Shown here: in pieces, positions 29,173 to 38,674 of the stretch
Position numbering within the stretch: position 1 is the first letter of the stretch
How the letters are laid out: every line of letters begins with the position of its first letter
From: an uncultured Pseudomonadales bacterium
Lineage (GTDB): Bacteria > Patescibacteriota > Microgenomatia > UBA1400 > PJMF01
Assembly (NCBI GenBank): GCA_964457085.1
Contig: CAYWDM010000001.1
Span: 242,914-306,913, forward strand
DNA length: 64,000 nt
Direction: 5' to 3'
The notes under the pieces: model-generated
What the model was told of the DNA's origin: nothing
Seen by the model: the letters and a program-made list of their open reading frames with translations, nothing else
Database searches by the model: none
Program-made: the position numbers and the translations under genes

Positions 29173-29514
29173 ATGTTTAGATTTTTTAAACCAATTGCGA
29201 CAGAACATACAACTGAGTTATTTAATGAACTTAAAAAGCTTGGGGTCAACGCCATTCTCGAATACAATGACGGACATAAACATATCGACATAGCCATACT
29301 AGATGCGCGAATCTTTATTGAAGTTGATGGACTCAATCACTACACCAACGCTGAACAGATAGAAAGAGACTTCAAGAGAAATCACTTTTCAGATGGAGAT
29401 GACTTTGACACTATTCATATTCCAAACCTTGTCATTGAGCATCACCGAGTTGCCATTGCAAGGGCAATAGAAAAGATTGTCAGAAAAAGATGCTTGATAA
29501 ACCAGCTCGCTTGA
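29173..29514 (+). CDS. DUF559/Vsr-like endonuclease
   Basis: HIDIAI...IEVDG..H...D..R motif. Confidence 0.8.
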   Translation: MFRFFKPIATEHTTELFNELKKLGVNAILEYNDGHKHIDIAILDARIFIEVDGLNHYTNAEQIERDFKRNHFSDGDDFDTIHIPNLVIEHHRVAIARAIEKIVRKRCLINQLA

Positions 29515-29817
29515 AAGTACTAAATATTGCTAATAAAATAGCAATATTGTTCGGTTTTGATCTACTTAGGGGCACAAATTTTTTCTTCATTTTTAAGTAT
29601 TTTTTTCCAGGTGATATAATTTATGTGTAACAGTTACGCAGAAGTCGTGTTGCTGACTGTCGTTGCGTAGTGTTGCTCTTTAGCAACTAAGACCTATTTT
29701 CTCCAATTCTTTTTTTCGCCAGACAAACTCTGCAACCCAATTTGGCCGTTGTGTTGTGGAGAATCGTCTGGTGAGAACCAGATACATCTGCCTACGGGCC
29801 TTTGGAGATGATTACCA

Positions 29818-30132
29818 GTGAAAAAGTTACTTTTACTTGTAGGTGCGCTGTTAGCGCTGGGCGTTGTGCTTATGGCACAAGCTCAGAATGCACAGCCGGG
29901 CAGTCTTGGCGACAGGACAGCTCAGAATTGTCAAAATGGTGGCCTGTCACTCTGTGACTGGTGCAAATACAAAGAAAGTCCAAGCTGTCCTGGTCCTAAT
30001 GGTCGTCCAGAGCATGCAGAGCACACTGCTGACAAAAATGCCAGTAAGTTTGCTCTCCCGATTCTTGTCGGTGCATGTCTAATGACGTTCGCTTTCATTC
30101 TCAACAGAGGGAGAAAAATGGTCTTAGCTTGA
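29818..30132 (+). CDS. Small secreted Cys-containing protein with C-terminal membrane anchor
   Basis: Signal peptide, 4 extracellular Cys, TM plus basic tail; GGAG SD; terminator follows. Confidence 0.7.
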   Translation: MKKLLLLVGALLALGVVLMAQAQNAQPGSLGDRTAQNCQNGGLSLCDWCKYKESPSCPGPNGRPEHAEHTADKNASKFALPILVGACLMTFAFILNRGRKMVLA

Positions 30133-30135
30133 CCT

Positions 30136-30180
30136 ATTTGAGTGCTAGAACCAGCCAATCTGGCACTCAAATTTCCTTTT
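30136..30180 (+). terminator. Intrinsic terminator
   Basis: TTTGAGTGCTAGA...TCTGGCACTCAAA followed by a T-rich tract. Confidence 0.65.
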
Positions 30181-30256
30181 CGTGCAACTTTTCCGATCCT
30201 TGGTAAGAAAGTGCTATAATTCCGTCCAATTCTTAGAACACAGAACAGAAATTGTA

Positions 30257-30769
30257 ATGCCAGAAAAACTACTTACCATCGACATCGACAACACGCTGCT
30301 CGAAGCTATGGGTGACGAACTATTACCAGGTACAGAAAAACTTCTTGGTTTGCTATACCGAGCATGCATCTCGACAGTGATCTGGACCATCGGTAGTAAA
30401 GAAAGAATCGACAACCTTATTTCCGCACTTGAAAAATCAGATGACTATTTTGCTAAAGAAGCTTTGGCATTGGTCCTTTCAGCAGCATGTTACAGCAATG
30501 GAGAATCCCTACCAGAAATTGCGCCATTTGATGGGCATACTGAAGAAGAAATTTCACGAGCAAGAGCACTCTATCGTAAGGGTATAAAAATCCCAATAGC
30601 AATTGGTGCAAAATTGACCATTGATGATGACTCTGCAGTACATGGGCACGCTCATGAATTTAGGTTTCAGGCTATTGATCCAAATGCTAATCGACCCAGA
30701 GAAAAGGGAAGTATGGCAATCAACTCTTGGGCAGAAACTATCATTCAACAAGTATTGGCAAATATTTAA
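30257..30769 (+). CDS. HAD-superfamily-like protein
   Basis: DIDNTL, IWT, IDDD motifs. Confidence 0.65.
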   Translation: MPEKLLTIDIDNTLLEAMGDELLPGTEKLLGLLYRACISTVIWTIGSKERIDNLISALEKSDDYFAKEALALVLSAACYSNGESLPEIAPFDGHTEEEISRARALYRKGIKIPIAIGAKLTIDDDSAVHGHAHEFRFQAIDPNANRPREKGSMAINSWAETIIQQVLANI

Positions 30770-30825
30770 ACAGTACAATGGCCCTCATCTACAAAGGCTG
30801 TAACAGTATCAATTAGGTATTAAAA

Positions 30826-31419
30826 TTATAGTGCCGCTCCCTCAAAACCAGGGCAGTTTGCGGTTGCCCAATCCAAATATTCACTAGTACACTCAAATTT
30901 AATTCCCTGATCTGGTCCTGGCATACAGTTAACCCAATTATTTTGAGGACAGGTGTGGCCAGCATCACCTGGTATGACAGCAATACATTTTGTATTTGGT
31001 TGATGCCAACAAGAGCTTCTACCTGCTTCTTCGTACACCCAGTCCTCTGGAGTACCTGTTTTTTTCTGTGTACTATCACCCCAATACCAGCCAACACTTA
31101 ATTCCTGGTCATCAATGAGCGGTCGAGGATCATCCCCAGTCGGCATCAGAGTTGGTGGCTCCTCAACCATAATCTCTTGTATCCATCTCACACCATCGTC
31201 AGTAACACATTGTGCCGGATATGTTTCCAAGAGTTTGCTTCCAGGATGCTGAGCACATGTTTCAAAGTCAAAAATATTTGGATGAATAGACACCCTTGTG
31301 TCCCTACCATCAAGCAGCTTTTTGGCAAATTGACTCGAGTACATCACGACTGCACCTAATGCAAAAACAGCTAAATATTTACTTGCTTGGACTAAACTTG
31401 AATCTACTTGATTTGGCAT
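30826..31419 (-). CDS. Membrane-anchored Cys-rich surface protein
   Basis: N-terminal TM; FETC...ETYPAQC, GWYWG...KK.GTP.DW and CP..WVNCMP modules. Confidence 0.75.
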   Translation of the reverse strand: MPNQVDSSLVQASKYLAVFALGAVVMYSSQFAKKLLDGRDTRVSIHPNIFDFETCAQHPGSKLLETYPAQCVTDDGVRWIQEIMVEEPPTLMPTGDDPRPLIDDQELSVGWYWGDSTQKKTGTPEDWVYEEAGRSSCWHQPNTKCIAVIPGDAGHTCPQNNWVNCMPGPDQGIKFECTSEYLDWATANCPGFEGAAL

Positions 31420-31552
31420 AGATATTTCCTCAATATGTCCAGTATAGCGGTTTTTTAACTAAAGCCAAAACGATCAAAATGTTGAACAAGTAGAGTGGGT
31501 TTTTTGAGCTTTTCTCGAGCCAAGTTTGCGATATAATACACAGTGTTATTTC

Positions 31553-31626
31553 GGGTCAGTAGCTCAGCTGGTTAGAGCGCCTCCCTCTTAAGGAGGATGT
31601 CGTGGGTTCGATTCCCACCTGACTCA
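31553..31626 (+). tRNA. tRNA-Lys(CTT)
   Basis: GGGTCAG/CTGACTC acceptor, CCTCC-CTCTTAA-GGAGG. Confidence 0.97.
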
Positions 31627-31645
31627 CAAATTAGAGGATCTACCT

Positions 31646-32128
31646 ATGGTTACTCCTGAGAATCAGCCAAACAGAGTAGAGGATGATCAGCTAGAGGAAC
31701 TCAAAAAAGCTGAAACCGAATTTATAGCTTTTGCTACACAGTTTTTAGAGAAATTTCCAAGTAGTGACGAAAGGTGGTTTGGAGGTGATGACAACTTTTT
31801 TTATTTCAAGGTTGAGCACAGATCTGCAAGTGAAACGTCAATAAAGCTAATGAACCTTAGAGAGCAGCGTATTCCATCATCTTCCACAGAGAACCCTTTG
31901 GGTGATTTAGACAACTCCGATATTGTTTTTAAACTCAATCTAGTTTTTAGAAACAATGCAATTAATTTTATACTGTTCACAGGAGAACCACTGTCTTCAG
32001 GAAGAATAAATACCAGAATACTTTCTTTCCCGGTTGAGGAGGGCAAATTAGAACTGTTAGCAGAAATTATTCCAAAACTCAAAGAGATTATGGCTACTTT
32101 TAGCGAACTAACTCAAGAAAAAAGTTAA
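31646..32128 (+). CDS. Hypothetical protein
   Basis: 160 aa, GAGG upstream. Confidence 0.6.
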   Translation: MVTPENQPNRVEDDQLEELKKAETEFIAFATQFLEKFPSSDERWFGGDDNFFYFKVEHRSASETSIKLMNLREQRIPSSSTENPLGDLDNSDIVFKLNLVFRNNAINFILFTGEPLSSGRINTRILSFPVEEGKLELLAEIIPKLKEIMATFSELTQEKS

Positions 32129-32165
32129 TTACCCCCAAGCATCAAGACATCATTCGCTGTGTTAA

Positions 32166-32645
32166 CTATTTTGTCTGCATCATTTTTTCAGCCCAAACCT
32201 GCATAGCTGCATCAACTTTAGGAATCACACTTTTCACTGACTCTATTTGCCAAGCAAGTCCATCCGCAAGTGATTCTGGAGTATTGTAAAAATTATCATC
32301 AAAACACGACTGACAAGCGGCTACAATTGCACCATAACTAGTCCATCCGAGCTTAACGTCTAATTTATGTGGCTCTTTTTTCAAACTTGGAGCTAACGAC
32401 TCAAGCATTCCTTCGACTAAAATGTCAGAAGCAGCATTGCCAGCTTGCAAGAGCACATGTTCCACAGTGAAAGTCTCTGCCCACTTTAAATCTCCCTGTT
32501 GTCTAAATTTTCTAAACCTCAAATTAACTTTTGTGCCATCGGTAAATGTTAATTGATGCATTAAGACATCTTTGTTATAGCCAAAGTCAGCCGGATTGAG
32601 TGGAGTGACCTCATTGATACCCAAATCAGGGCACAGATCTTTCAT
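32166..32645 (-). CDS. Hypothetical protein
   Basis: 159-aa ORF; an overlapping 36-codon upstream ORF could be a frameshifted N-terminus. Confidence 0.55.
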   Translation of the reverse strand: MKDLCPDLGINEVTPLNPADFGYNKDVLMHQLTFTDGTKVNLRFRKFRQQGDLKWAETFTVEHVLLQAGNAASDILVEGMLESLAPSLKKEPHKLDVKLGWTSYGAIVAACQSCFDDNFYNTPESLADGLAWQIESVKSVIPKVDAAMQVWAEKMMQTK

Positions 32646-32941
32646 TTTGGACTGCAGCTTCGTAACAAGCTTTGAACTCTTTATTAGATTCTGTTAGATT
32701 TTTGATAAACGACAGATGTTTAGTTGCTTCAAGCATAGAAAAATTAATCACACCTCAATTGCATAAGATGTTTATATAGTAGCTACCGTATCATTTTTTT
32801 ATACAGATTCCAACTATGCTAAAAAGCCCTATTCGTCAACAAATCATGAATATAATGATGAGTAACCTCAACTCAGTGTACATTCTCTTTTTTTCGACTA
32901 TACTAACTCAATATTAATTACCCGAAACTAGGGGGTATTTC

Positions 32942-33301
32942 ATGTCAGAAGAACCAAAAGTCAAAGTTGCAAAAGTAGAGTTCACCAAAGAGGACATTGA
33001 TAAAAACAAAGGTATGGCAATTATTGCCTATCTCATTTTCTTCATTCCATTGCTTACCGAAGCCAAGGAGAGTCCATTTGTAAAATTCCACATTAAGCAG
33101 GCGATCATTTTGATCATTGCTGGCGTTTTGGTCTCAGTGGTTGGCAGCATCATCCCATTCTTGGGTTGGTTCTTAATTGCACCAATTGGTTCATTAGTGG
33201 TATTAGTACTTTGGTTCATCGGCATTTTACATGCAGTAAATGGTGAGGCCAAAGAAGTCCCAATTGTGGGCAAATACGCAGAACAGTATTTAAAGTTCTA
33301 A
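32942..33301 (+). CDS. DUF4870-like membrane protein
   Basis: IAYL...PL...FVKFH.KQA...G....PIVG. Confidence 0.8.
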   Translation: MSEEPKVKVAKVEFTKEDIDKNKGMAIIAYLIFFIPLLTEAKESPFVKFHIKQAIILIIAGVLVSVVGSIIPFLGWFLIAPIGSLVVLVLWFIGILHAVNGEAKEVPIVGKYAEQYLKF

Positions 33302-33315
33302 TTGAAGATTTAATC

Positions 33316-33344
33316 TCAAGCCGAGTGGTCACCACTCGGCTTGA
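33316..33344 (+). terminator. Hairpin/terminator
   Basis: TCAAGCCGAGTGG...CCACTCGGCTTGA. Confidence 0.6.
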
Positions 33345-33356
33345 TTTATAACATCC

Positions 33357-34253
33357 ATGCAGATCCTGTCCGGCTCCTCCAATCACCAACTAGCCCAAGA
33401 AATTGCCAGTGAATTACAAACTCCACTTGTTGAAGTTAAAATTCAAAAATTTGCAAACGGTGAAAAACGAGTTTGGGTACAGGGTGAGCTGCGTGGTCAA
33501 AATGTCACCTTAGTACAGTCATTCAGTAATCCCAGTGACGAGCACATCATGGAGACATTATTGATTGCCGACGCAGTCGAAAGACTTGGTGCCCGCAATC
33601 TTAATTTAGTACTGCCTTGGATGGGGTATTCACTTCAAGACAAAGTCTTCCGACCAGGGGAACCAATTGCTGCTAAAGTTGTTGCCAACTTAGTCTCCAG
33701 TTCTCCAATTAAGCGTGTCTTCTTACTTGACCTGCATAACAGTAGTATTCCAGGATTTTTCTCGATTCCAACTGAGCATCTCTCATTAATCGATGCGTTT
33801 GTTGACCACTGCAAAACACACTTTAATTTGTCAGAAGTAATTGTTGCCAGTCCAGATTTCGGAGGACTCAAACGAGCTCGAGTATTTGCAGATAAATTGG
33901 GCGTAGATTTGGTAAATTTTGATAAAAAACGCAATGTCACCACTGGCGAGATCGAAATCGCCAACCTACATGGTGATGTAGCTAACAAGATAGTTCTCAC
34001 CTTTGACGACGTCATCGTCTCTGGTGGAACAGTCACACAAATTGCTCAAGTGGTGAAACAGAATCATGCCAAGGAAGTTCATTTCTTAGCCACTCATTCA
34101 CTTTTTGCTAACCAAGCACTTGAAAAAATTGATGCTTCTGTAATTGATTCAATCATCACTAGTGACTCCGTTTCACATCAAGAAACCAGCTCAAAAGTCA
34201 CCACGGTTAGTTGTGCAAAATTATTTGCAAGTGCACTCAAAAATTGGTCATAA
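33357..34253 (+). CDS. prs: Ribose-phosphate pyrophosphokinase
   Basis: FANGE, YSLQDK, DLH, SPDFGG, DDVIVSGGT, ATH. Confidence 0.95.
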   Translation: MQILSGSSNHQLAQEIASELQTPLVEVKIQKFANGEKRVWVQGELRGQNVTLVQSFSNPSDEHIMETLLIADAVERLGARNLNLVLPWMGYSLQDKVFRPGEPIAAKVVANLVSSSPIKRVFLLDLHNSSIPGFFSIPTEHLSLIDAFVDHCKTHFNLSEVIVASPDFGGLKRARVFADKLGVDLVNFDKKRNVTTGEIEIANLHGDVANKIVLTFDDVIVSGGTVTQIAQVVKQNHAKEVHFLATHSLFANQALEKIDASVIDSIITSDSVSHQETSSKVTTVSCAKLFASALKNWS

Positions 34254-34345
34254 ATAGACCGCAAATTAGCTAGCTTCTTCAAGACTTTTTCAAAAATAAA
34301 CCTGGCTTGAGTCAGAGGTCATTGGCGATTAGAATACCCCTATAT

Positions 34346-35575
34346 ATGAAATTATCGCAACTTAGTTTTCAACCCACCCAAACTCCTCCGTCCAATGCCG
34401 AGACCATCAATCACAAACTATTAGTTCAGGCCGGTTTTGTTCGCCAGCTCATGGCAGGTGTCTACACCTACTCACCAATTGGCTTGCGTGTGCTCAATAA
34501 CATACGCAATGTCATCCGCACCGAAATGAATAGTATCGGTGGGCAAGAAGTATTGATGCCGTCACTGCAGCCGAGTGCCAATTGGAAAACAACCGGCGGT
34601 TGGAATACCATTGATGTGTTATTTAAAGTCAAAAGTCGCACCGGCAAAGATTATGCACTTGGTCAGAGTCACGAAGAAATCGTGACCCCGCTGGCTAAAG
34701 AATTTATCCGCAGTTACCGTGACCTCCCCATTGCACTCTATCAAATTCACTGGAAATTCCGCGATGAACTTCGTGCTAAATCAGGCATTTTGCGTGGTCG
34801 TGAGTTCGAGATGAAAGACATGTACAGTTTCCACGAAACTCAAGCTGATTTTGATCGATTCTATCAAGAGGTTAAAGAAGCATATCTTCGTGCGTACAAA
34901 AAAGTTGGTTTGGTTGCTAAAGTCACCGAGGCAAGTGGTGGCAATTTTACCAGTAAAATCTCCTATGAATTCATGGTGCTCACAGACGCTGGTGAGGATG
35001 ATATCTATTATTGCCCCGACTGCGAATTCTGTGTGAATAGTGAGATCGCTAAGGTCAAAGCTGGCGATAATTGTCCAAAATGTGACAATGCAAAACTACT
35101 CGCAGCCAGAGCATCTGAAGTTGGCAATGTCTTTGATTTGGGTCAAAAATACGTCAAAGACTTCGACGTCACCTATGCTGACCGAGAAGGCAAAAAAGCC
35201 TATCCCATCATGGGCTGTTACGGTTGGGGTACCACTCGAATCATGGGTGTCTTAGTTGAAAAACTTAACGATGCTCGTGGGATCATTTGGCCAGCAAGTA
35301 TTGCTCCATTCCAGGTGCAGTTAATTTCACTTGGTGAATCGGTAGATAAAGCAAAAGCACTCTACGAACAACTCACTGCTGAGGGTGTTAGTGTGCTTTG
35401 GGATGATCGCGAAGTATCTGCCGGTGTCAAGTTTGCAGACGCAGACTTAATCGGCAATCCAGTTCGGCTAGTACTCTCACCAAAAACTGGCGAGCAGGTT
35501 GAGTGGAAAAATCGCACAGAAACAACCACCGAATTACTATCGATACCAGAAGCCATAAGTCGACTTGCCAAATAA
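34346..35575 (+). CDS. proS: Proline--tRNA ligase (short form)
   Basis: LVQAGF, HEE, YRDLP, KFRDE.R...G..RGREF.MKD.YSF, MGCYG, anticodon-binding domain. Confidence 0.93.
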   Translation: MKLSQLSFQPTQTPPSNAETINHKLLVQAGFVRQLMAGVYTYSPIGLRVLNNIRNVIRTEMNSIGGQEVLMPSLQPSANWKTTGGWNTIDVLFKVKSRTGKDYALGQSHEEIVTPLAKEFIRSYRDLPIALYQIHWKFRDELRAKSGILRGREFEMKDMYSFHETQADFDRFYQEVKEAYLRAYKKVGLVAKVTEASGGNFTSKISYEFMVLTDAGEDDIYYCPDCEFCVNSEIAKVKAGDNCPKCDNAKLLAARASEVGNVFDLGQKYVKDFDVTYADREGKKAYPIMGCYGWGTTRIMGVLVEKLNDARGIIWPASIAPFQVQLISLGESVDKAKALYEQLTAEGVSVLWDDREVSAGVKFADADLIGNPVRLVLSPKTGEQVEWKNRTETTTELLSIPEAISRLAK

Positions 35576-35578
35576 TCT

Positions 35579-35923
35579 ATGTCACCAATTCATAGAGGAG
35601 TAATTTTCACCAATCATGCTTGGCAACGCCTCGATGATCGGACAATTTCTGCCGATATGGTAGTGGAAACAATCTCATATCCAGAAAAACGTTTTGCATC
35701 TGGTCAGTCTGGTACTAAATTCATCAGAACTCTGCGTGGTCGAAAAGTGCATGTAGTGGCCGAAAAAAATCGTGACTCTCAGTGGGTGGTTATTTCCACT
35801 TGGGTGAGGGGAGAAAACGATAAAATTCCACTGGCTTGGCAACTTATCACTGCTCCATTTCGACTACTTTGGTGGATTTTACAGCAATTGTGGCGAACCA
35901 TTTTTGGCAAACCAAAAAAATAA
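35579..35923 (+). CDS. DUF4258-like protein
   Basis: FTNHA..R..R.I....V, VISTW. Confidence 0.65.
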   Translation: MSPIHRGVIFTNHAWQRLDDRTISADMVVETISYPEKRFASGQSGTKFIRTLRGRKVHVVAEKNRDSQWVVISTWVRGENDKIPLAWQLITAPFRLLWWILQQLWRTIFGKPKK

Positions 35924-36260
35924 ACACCACAAAGTGGCAAACGTTGTTGTAACTGTGCTGTAAACGCTACACACTGTCTACTTAGTTGCAGAAACTGCTA
36001 CTATTATATAGTCCTATATAAATATATTCACTTAGCCTGTGAGTGAGATATATAGCTATACTTCAACCTATTTTGACCATGTGTTTTTACCATATCAAAC
36101 CCTATAGTACCCTTAAATCCCGGTGAGGAGCCCACTGCGATGTACCTTTTGAACTCGCTTCATTATGGTCATCGCGGTGGGTAATTTTTTTGACAATTTC
36201 AATTTTTTCTGTGTACATTCAAGTTCAAATTTGATAACCAGCAGTTGCTATACTAAAACC

Positions 36261-37247
36261 ATGAATCACCCCAAACTCGCATTTGTAGGTTTTGGCAAAC
36301 ATGCACAAGCCAACCTATATCCCGCAATTAAGCAGCTCGGATATCAAATAGCTGCAGTTGCGACGCAACACGAAGAGTCAGCCCAAAAAGCTGCCGCCGA
36401 ATATCACATTCCTGCTACCTACACTGATCATCTACGAATGTTGCAGCAAGAAAAACCAGATGCAGTCTTTGTGGTCGCCAAATACAATCAACAGTATTCA
36501 ATCGTCAAAGATGCACTAGAATCCGGTGCCCACGTTTTTGTAGAGAAACCACTAGGCGTGAGTCTAGTCGAAGCACAACAAATCGCAGATCTAGCAACAA
36601 GCTCCAACAAGCAAGTCATGGTTGGATTCATGAAGCGATTCGCCCCTGCATATCTCAAAGCTAAACAGTTAGTGGAATCTGCTGATTTCGGACAACCTTT
36701 GGCCATTACTGAGTTTTTTGCCTGCCGTAATTTCGCTACAAACAACTTGGAGTATATGTTGCTTGCAGCCAGTCACTACATAGATCTATTGAGGTTTTAT
36801 TATGGTGAAGTTGAATCTACAACAGGAGCAAGCGTCGTCAAAGATGGTGCTCTAATGCAATCCTTTTCATTACAATTCAAAAATGGTGCCATTGGCTCAC
36901 TACAGTTTGCAGGTGCTCCGGCATGGGAGAGAGGAGCACAGCAAATCACTTTAACTGGCACAAATGGGTATATTACTATTTCAGGAATTGACTCAGTCTC
37001 TGCTCTGATCAAGGAATCTCACTCGAGTGTACCTGGCTGGCAAACAGTAAACTGCCAAGAAAAAAACTTCAATAGCATGCTAACAACAAGTGGTGGTGGA
37101 ATGCAGTCGATATATCTAAACGGATATGTGGATGAAATCAAACACTTTGTTGAAGCTATTTCAAATAATACCGAGATTCAAAACTCGGCTGCTGAAAATG
37201 TTAAAACCATGCAATTGATTGAACGACTACAAATTGCATTAGCATAA
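36261..37247 (+). CDS. Gfo/Idh/MocA family oxidoreductase
   Basis: VGFG, HVFVEKP, VGFMKRF; TGcTATACT 5 nt before ATG (leaderless-type). Confidence 0.9.
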   Translation: MNHPKLAFVGFGKHAQANLYPAIKQLGYQIAAVATQHEESAQKAAAEYHIPATYTDHLRMLQQEKPDAVFVVAKYNQQYSIVKDALESGAHVFVEKPLGVSLVEAQQIADLATSSNKQVMVGFMKRFAPAYLKAKQLVESADFGQPLAITEFFACRNFATNNLEYMLLAASHYIDLLRFYYGEVESTTGASVVKDGALMQSFSLQFKNGAIGSLQFAGAPAWERGAQQITLTGTNGYITISGIDSVSALIKESHSSVPGWQTVNCQEKNFNSMLTTSGGGMQSIYLNGYVDEIKHFVEAISNNTEIQNSAAENVKTMQLIERLQIALA

Positions 37248-37323
37248 TAACCCCACAGTCGCCGTTAATCAGCCTTGTAGCCAGAGCTACAGCACCGGTA
37301 TAATCTGTATATAAGGAATTACT

Positions 37324-38199
37324 GTGTCAAATCGATTGCTCATTGTTACTCATCATGCCCCAGACTTAGATGCCATTGCTTCCGTGTGGCTACTCAAACG
37401 ATTTGCAGCTCAGGATTTCGCAGACGCACGTGTGGGCTTCGTGAATCCCGGTGCCACGATTACCCTCGAGGAAGCTGAAGAACATGGATCACAATTACAT
37501 GAAGTAACTCACACTGACACGGGTTTTGGAGAATTCGATCATCACCAACCAGAGCGAGCCATGCTTCGCGTCTGTGCCACCAGTTTGGTGTATGACCATG
37601 TCTGCAAGATACACCCAGAGCTTCACGATGACAAGGCACTGCAAATCCTTGTTGAGCATGTTAATCAAGTTGATCATTTTGAAGAGATTTTTTGGCCTGC
37701 AAGCAGTGAGCCACGCAATTTATTAATGATCCAAGATTTGATTAAGGGCTGCGAGCTCACAGACCCACACGACGATGAATCACAACTGTATTTTGGCTTT
37801 GCCTGCCTCGAAAAAGCCTATGCGATCTTGACGCTACACTGTGGTGCAAAAAAGATAATTGCCGAAAAAGGCCAAGAGTTTACTATCAAAGCAGGGAAGT
37901 GTTTGGCAATCGAGACCAGTAACGATGACACCATTAAATTGGGCCAAAAAATGGGCTACGTGTTGGTAGTCAGAAAAGATCCTAAGATCGGTATTATGCG
38001 GGTTAAAGTCAGACCAGATGCTGATCTTGAGCTCACTGCATTAGCAGCCAAAGTTAAAACAGCTGATCCCACAGCCAACTGGTTTTTCCATGGCAGTGGC
38101 AAGATGTTACTCAACGGATCTGTTAAGGATCATGACCAGAAACCAAGTCGCTTATTACTCGAACAAATGGTAACTTTTATTCAGGAACTATATGGCTAA
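37324..38199 (+). CDS. DHH/MYG1-like phosphoesterase
   Basis: THH.PDLDA, DTG, FDHHQ, CATSLV. Confidence 0.7.
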   Translation: MSNRLLIVTHHAPDLDAIASVWLLKRFAAQDFADARVGFVNPGATITLEEAEEHGSQLHEVTHTDTGFGEFDHHQPERAMLRVCATSLVYDHVCKIHPELHDDKALQILVEHVNQVDHFEEIFWPASSEPRNLLMIQDLIKGCELTDPHDDESQLYFGFACLEKAYAILTLHCGAKKIIAEKGQEFTIKAGKCLAIETSNDDTIKLGQKMGYVLVVRKDPKIGIMRVKVRPDADLELTALAAKVKTADPTANWFFHGSGKMLLNGSVKDHDQKPSRLLLEQMVTFIQELYG

Positions 38200-38674
38200 T
38201 GAGGATTGTATTTTCTGTCAAATTGTAGCTGGCAAAATGCCTTGCCATAAAATTTGGGAAAGTGACTCTCACTTAGCATTTCTCTCGATTTTCCCCAACA
38301 CAGATGGCTTCACCGTAGTCATTCCTAAAACACATCTCGATAGCTATGCTTTTAGTAATTCTGACAAGACACTGAGTGAGTTGGTAATTGCCACCAAGAC
38401 TGTAGCTCTAATTCTCGACAACTACTTCGATGATGTTGCTCGTTGTGGAATGTTTTTTGAAGGATATGGTGTTGACCACCTACACAGCAAACTTTTCCCA
38501 ATGCATGGTACCAAGTCTACTGACGATAGCTGGCAGCCGATTGAAAGTACCACCAACAATACTTTTTATCAAAAATATCCAGGATACTTATCATCTAACA
38601 GTTCTGATAGGGCTGATGACCAAAAATTGGCGGCTCTTGCCGAGAGCATTCGAGAAACGGCAAAAAATCTATGA
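38192..38674 (+). CDS. HIT family protein
   Basis: CIFC.I..G, FLSIFP, VIPK.H, VDHLHSKLFP. Confidence 0.9.
   Translation: MANEDCIFCQIVAGKMPCHKIWESDSHLAFLSIFPNTDGFTVVIPKTHLDSYAFSNSDKTLSELVIATKTVALILDNYFDDVARCGMFFEGYGVDHLHSKLFPMHGTKSTDDSWQPIESTTNNTFYQKYPGYLSSNSSDRADDQKLAALAESIRETAKNL

Larger units (their letters stand above)
23080..29576. mobile_element. Integrated ~6.5 kb element at tRNA-Arg (serine recombinase + RCR Rep + nuclease cargo)
   Basis: AGGGGCACA direct repeat at 23080-23088 (tRNA 3' end) and 29568-29576; AT-rich cargo. Confidence 0.8.
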
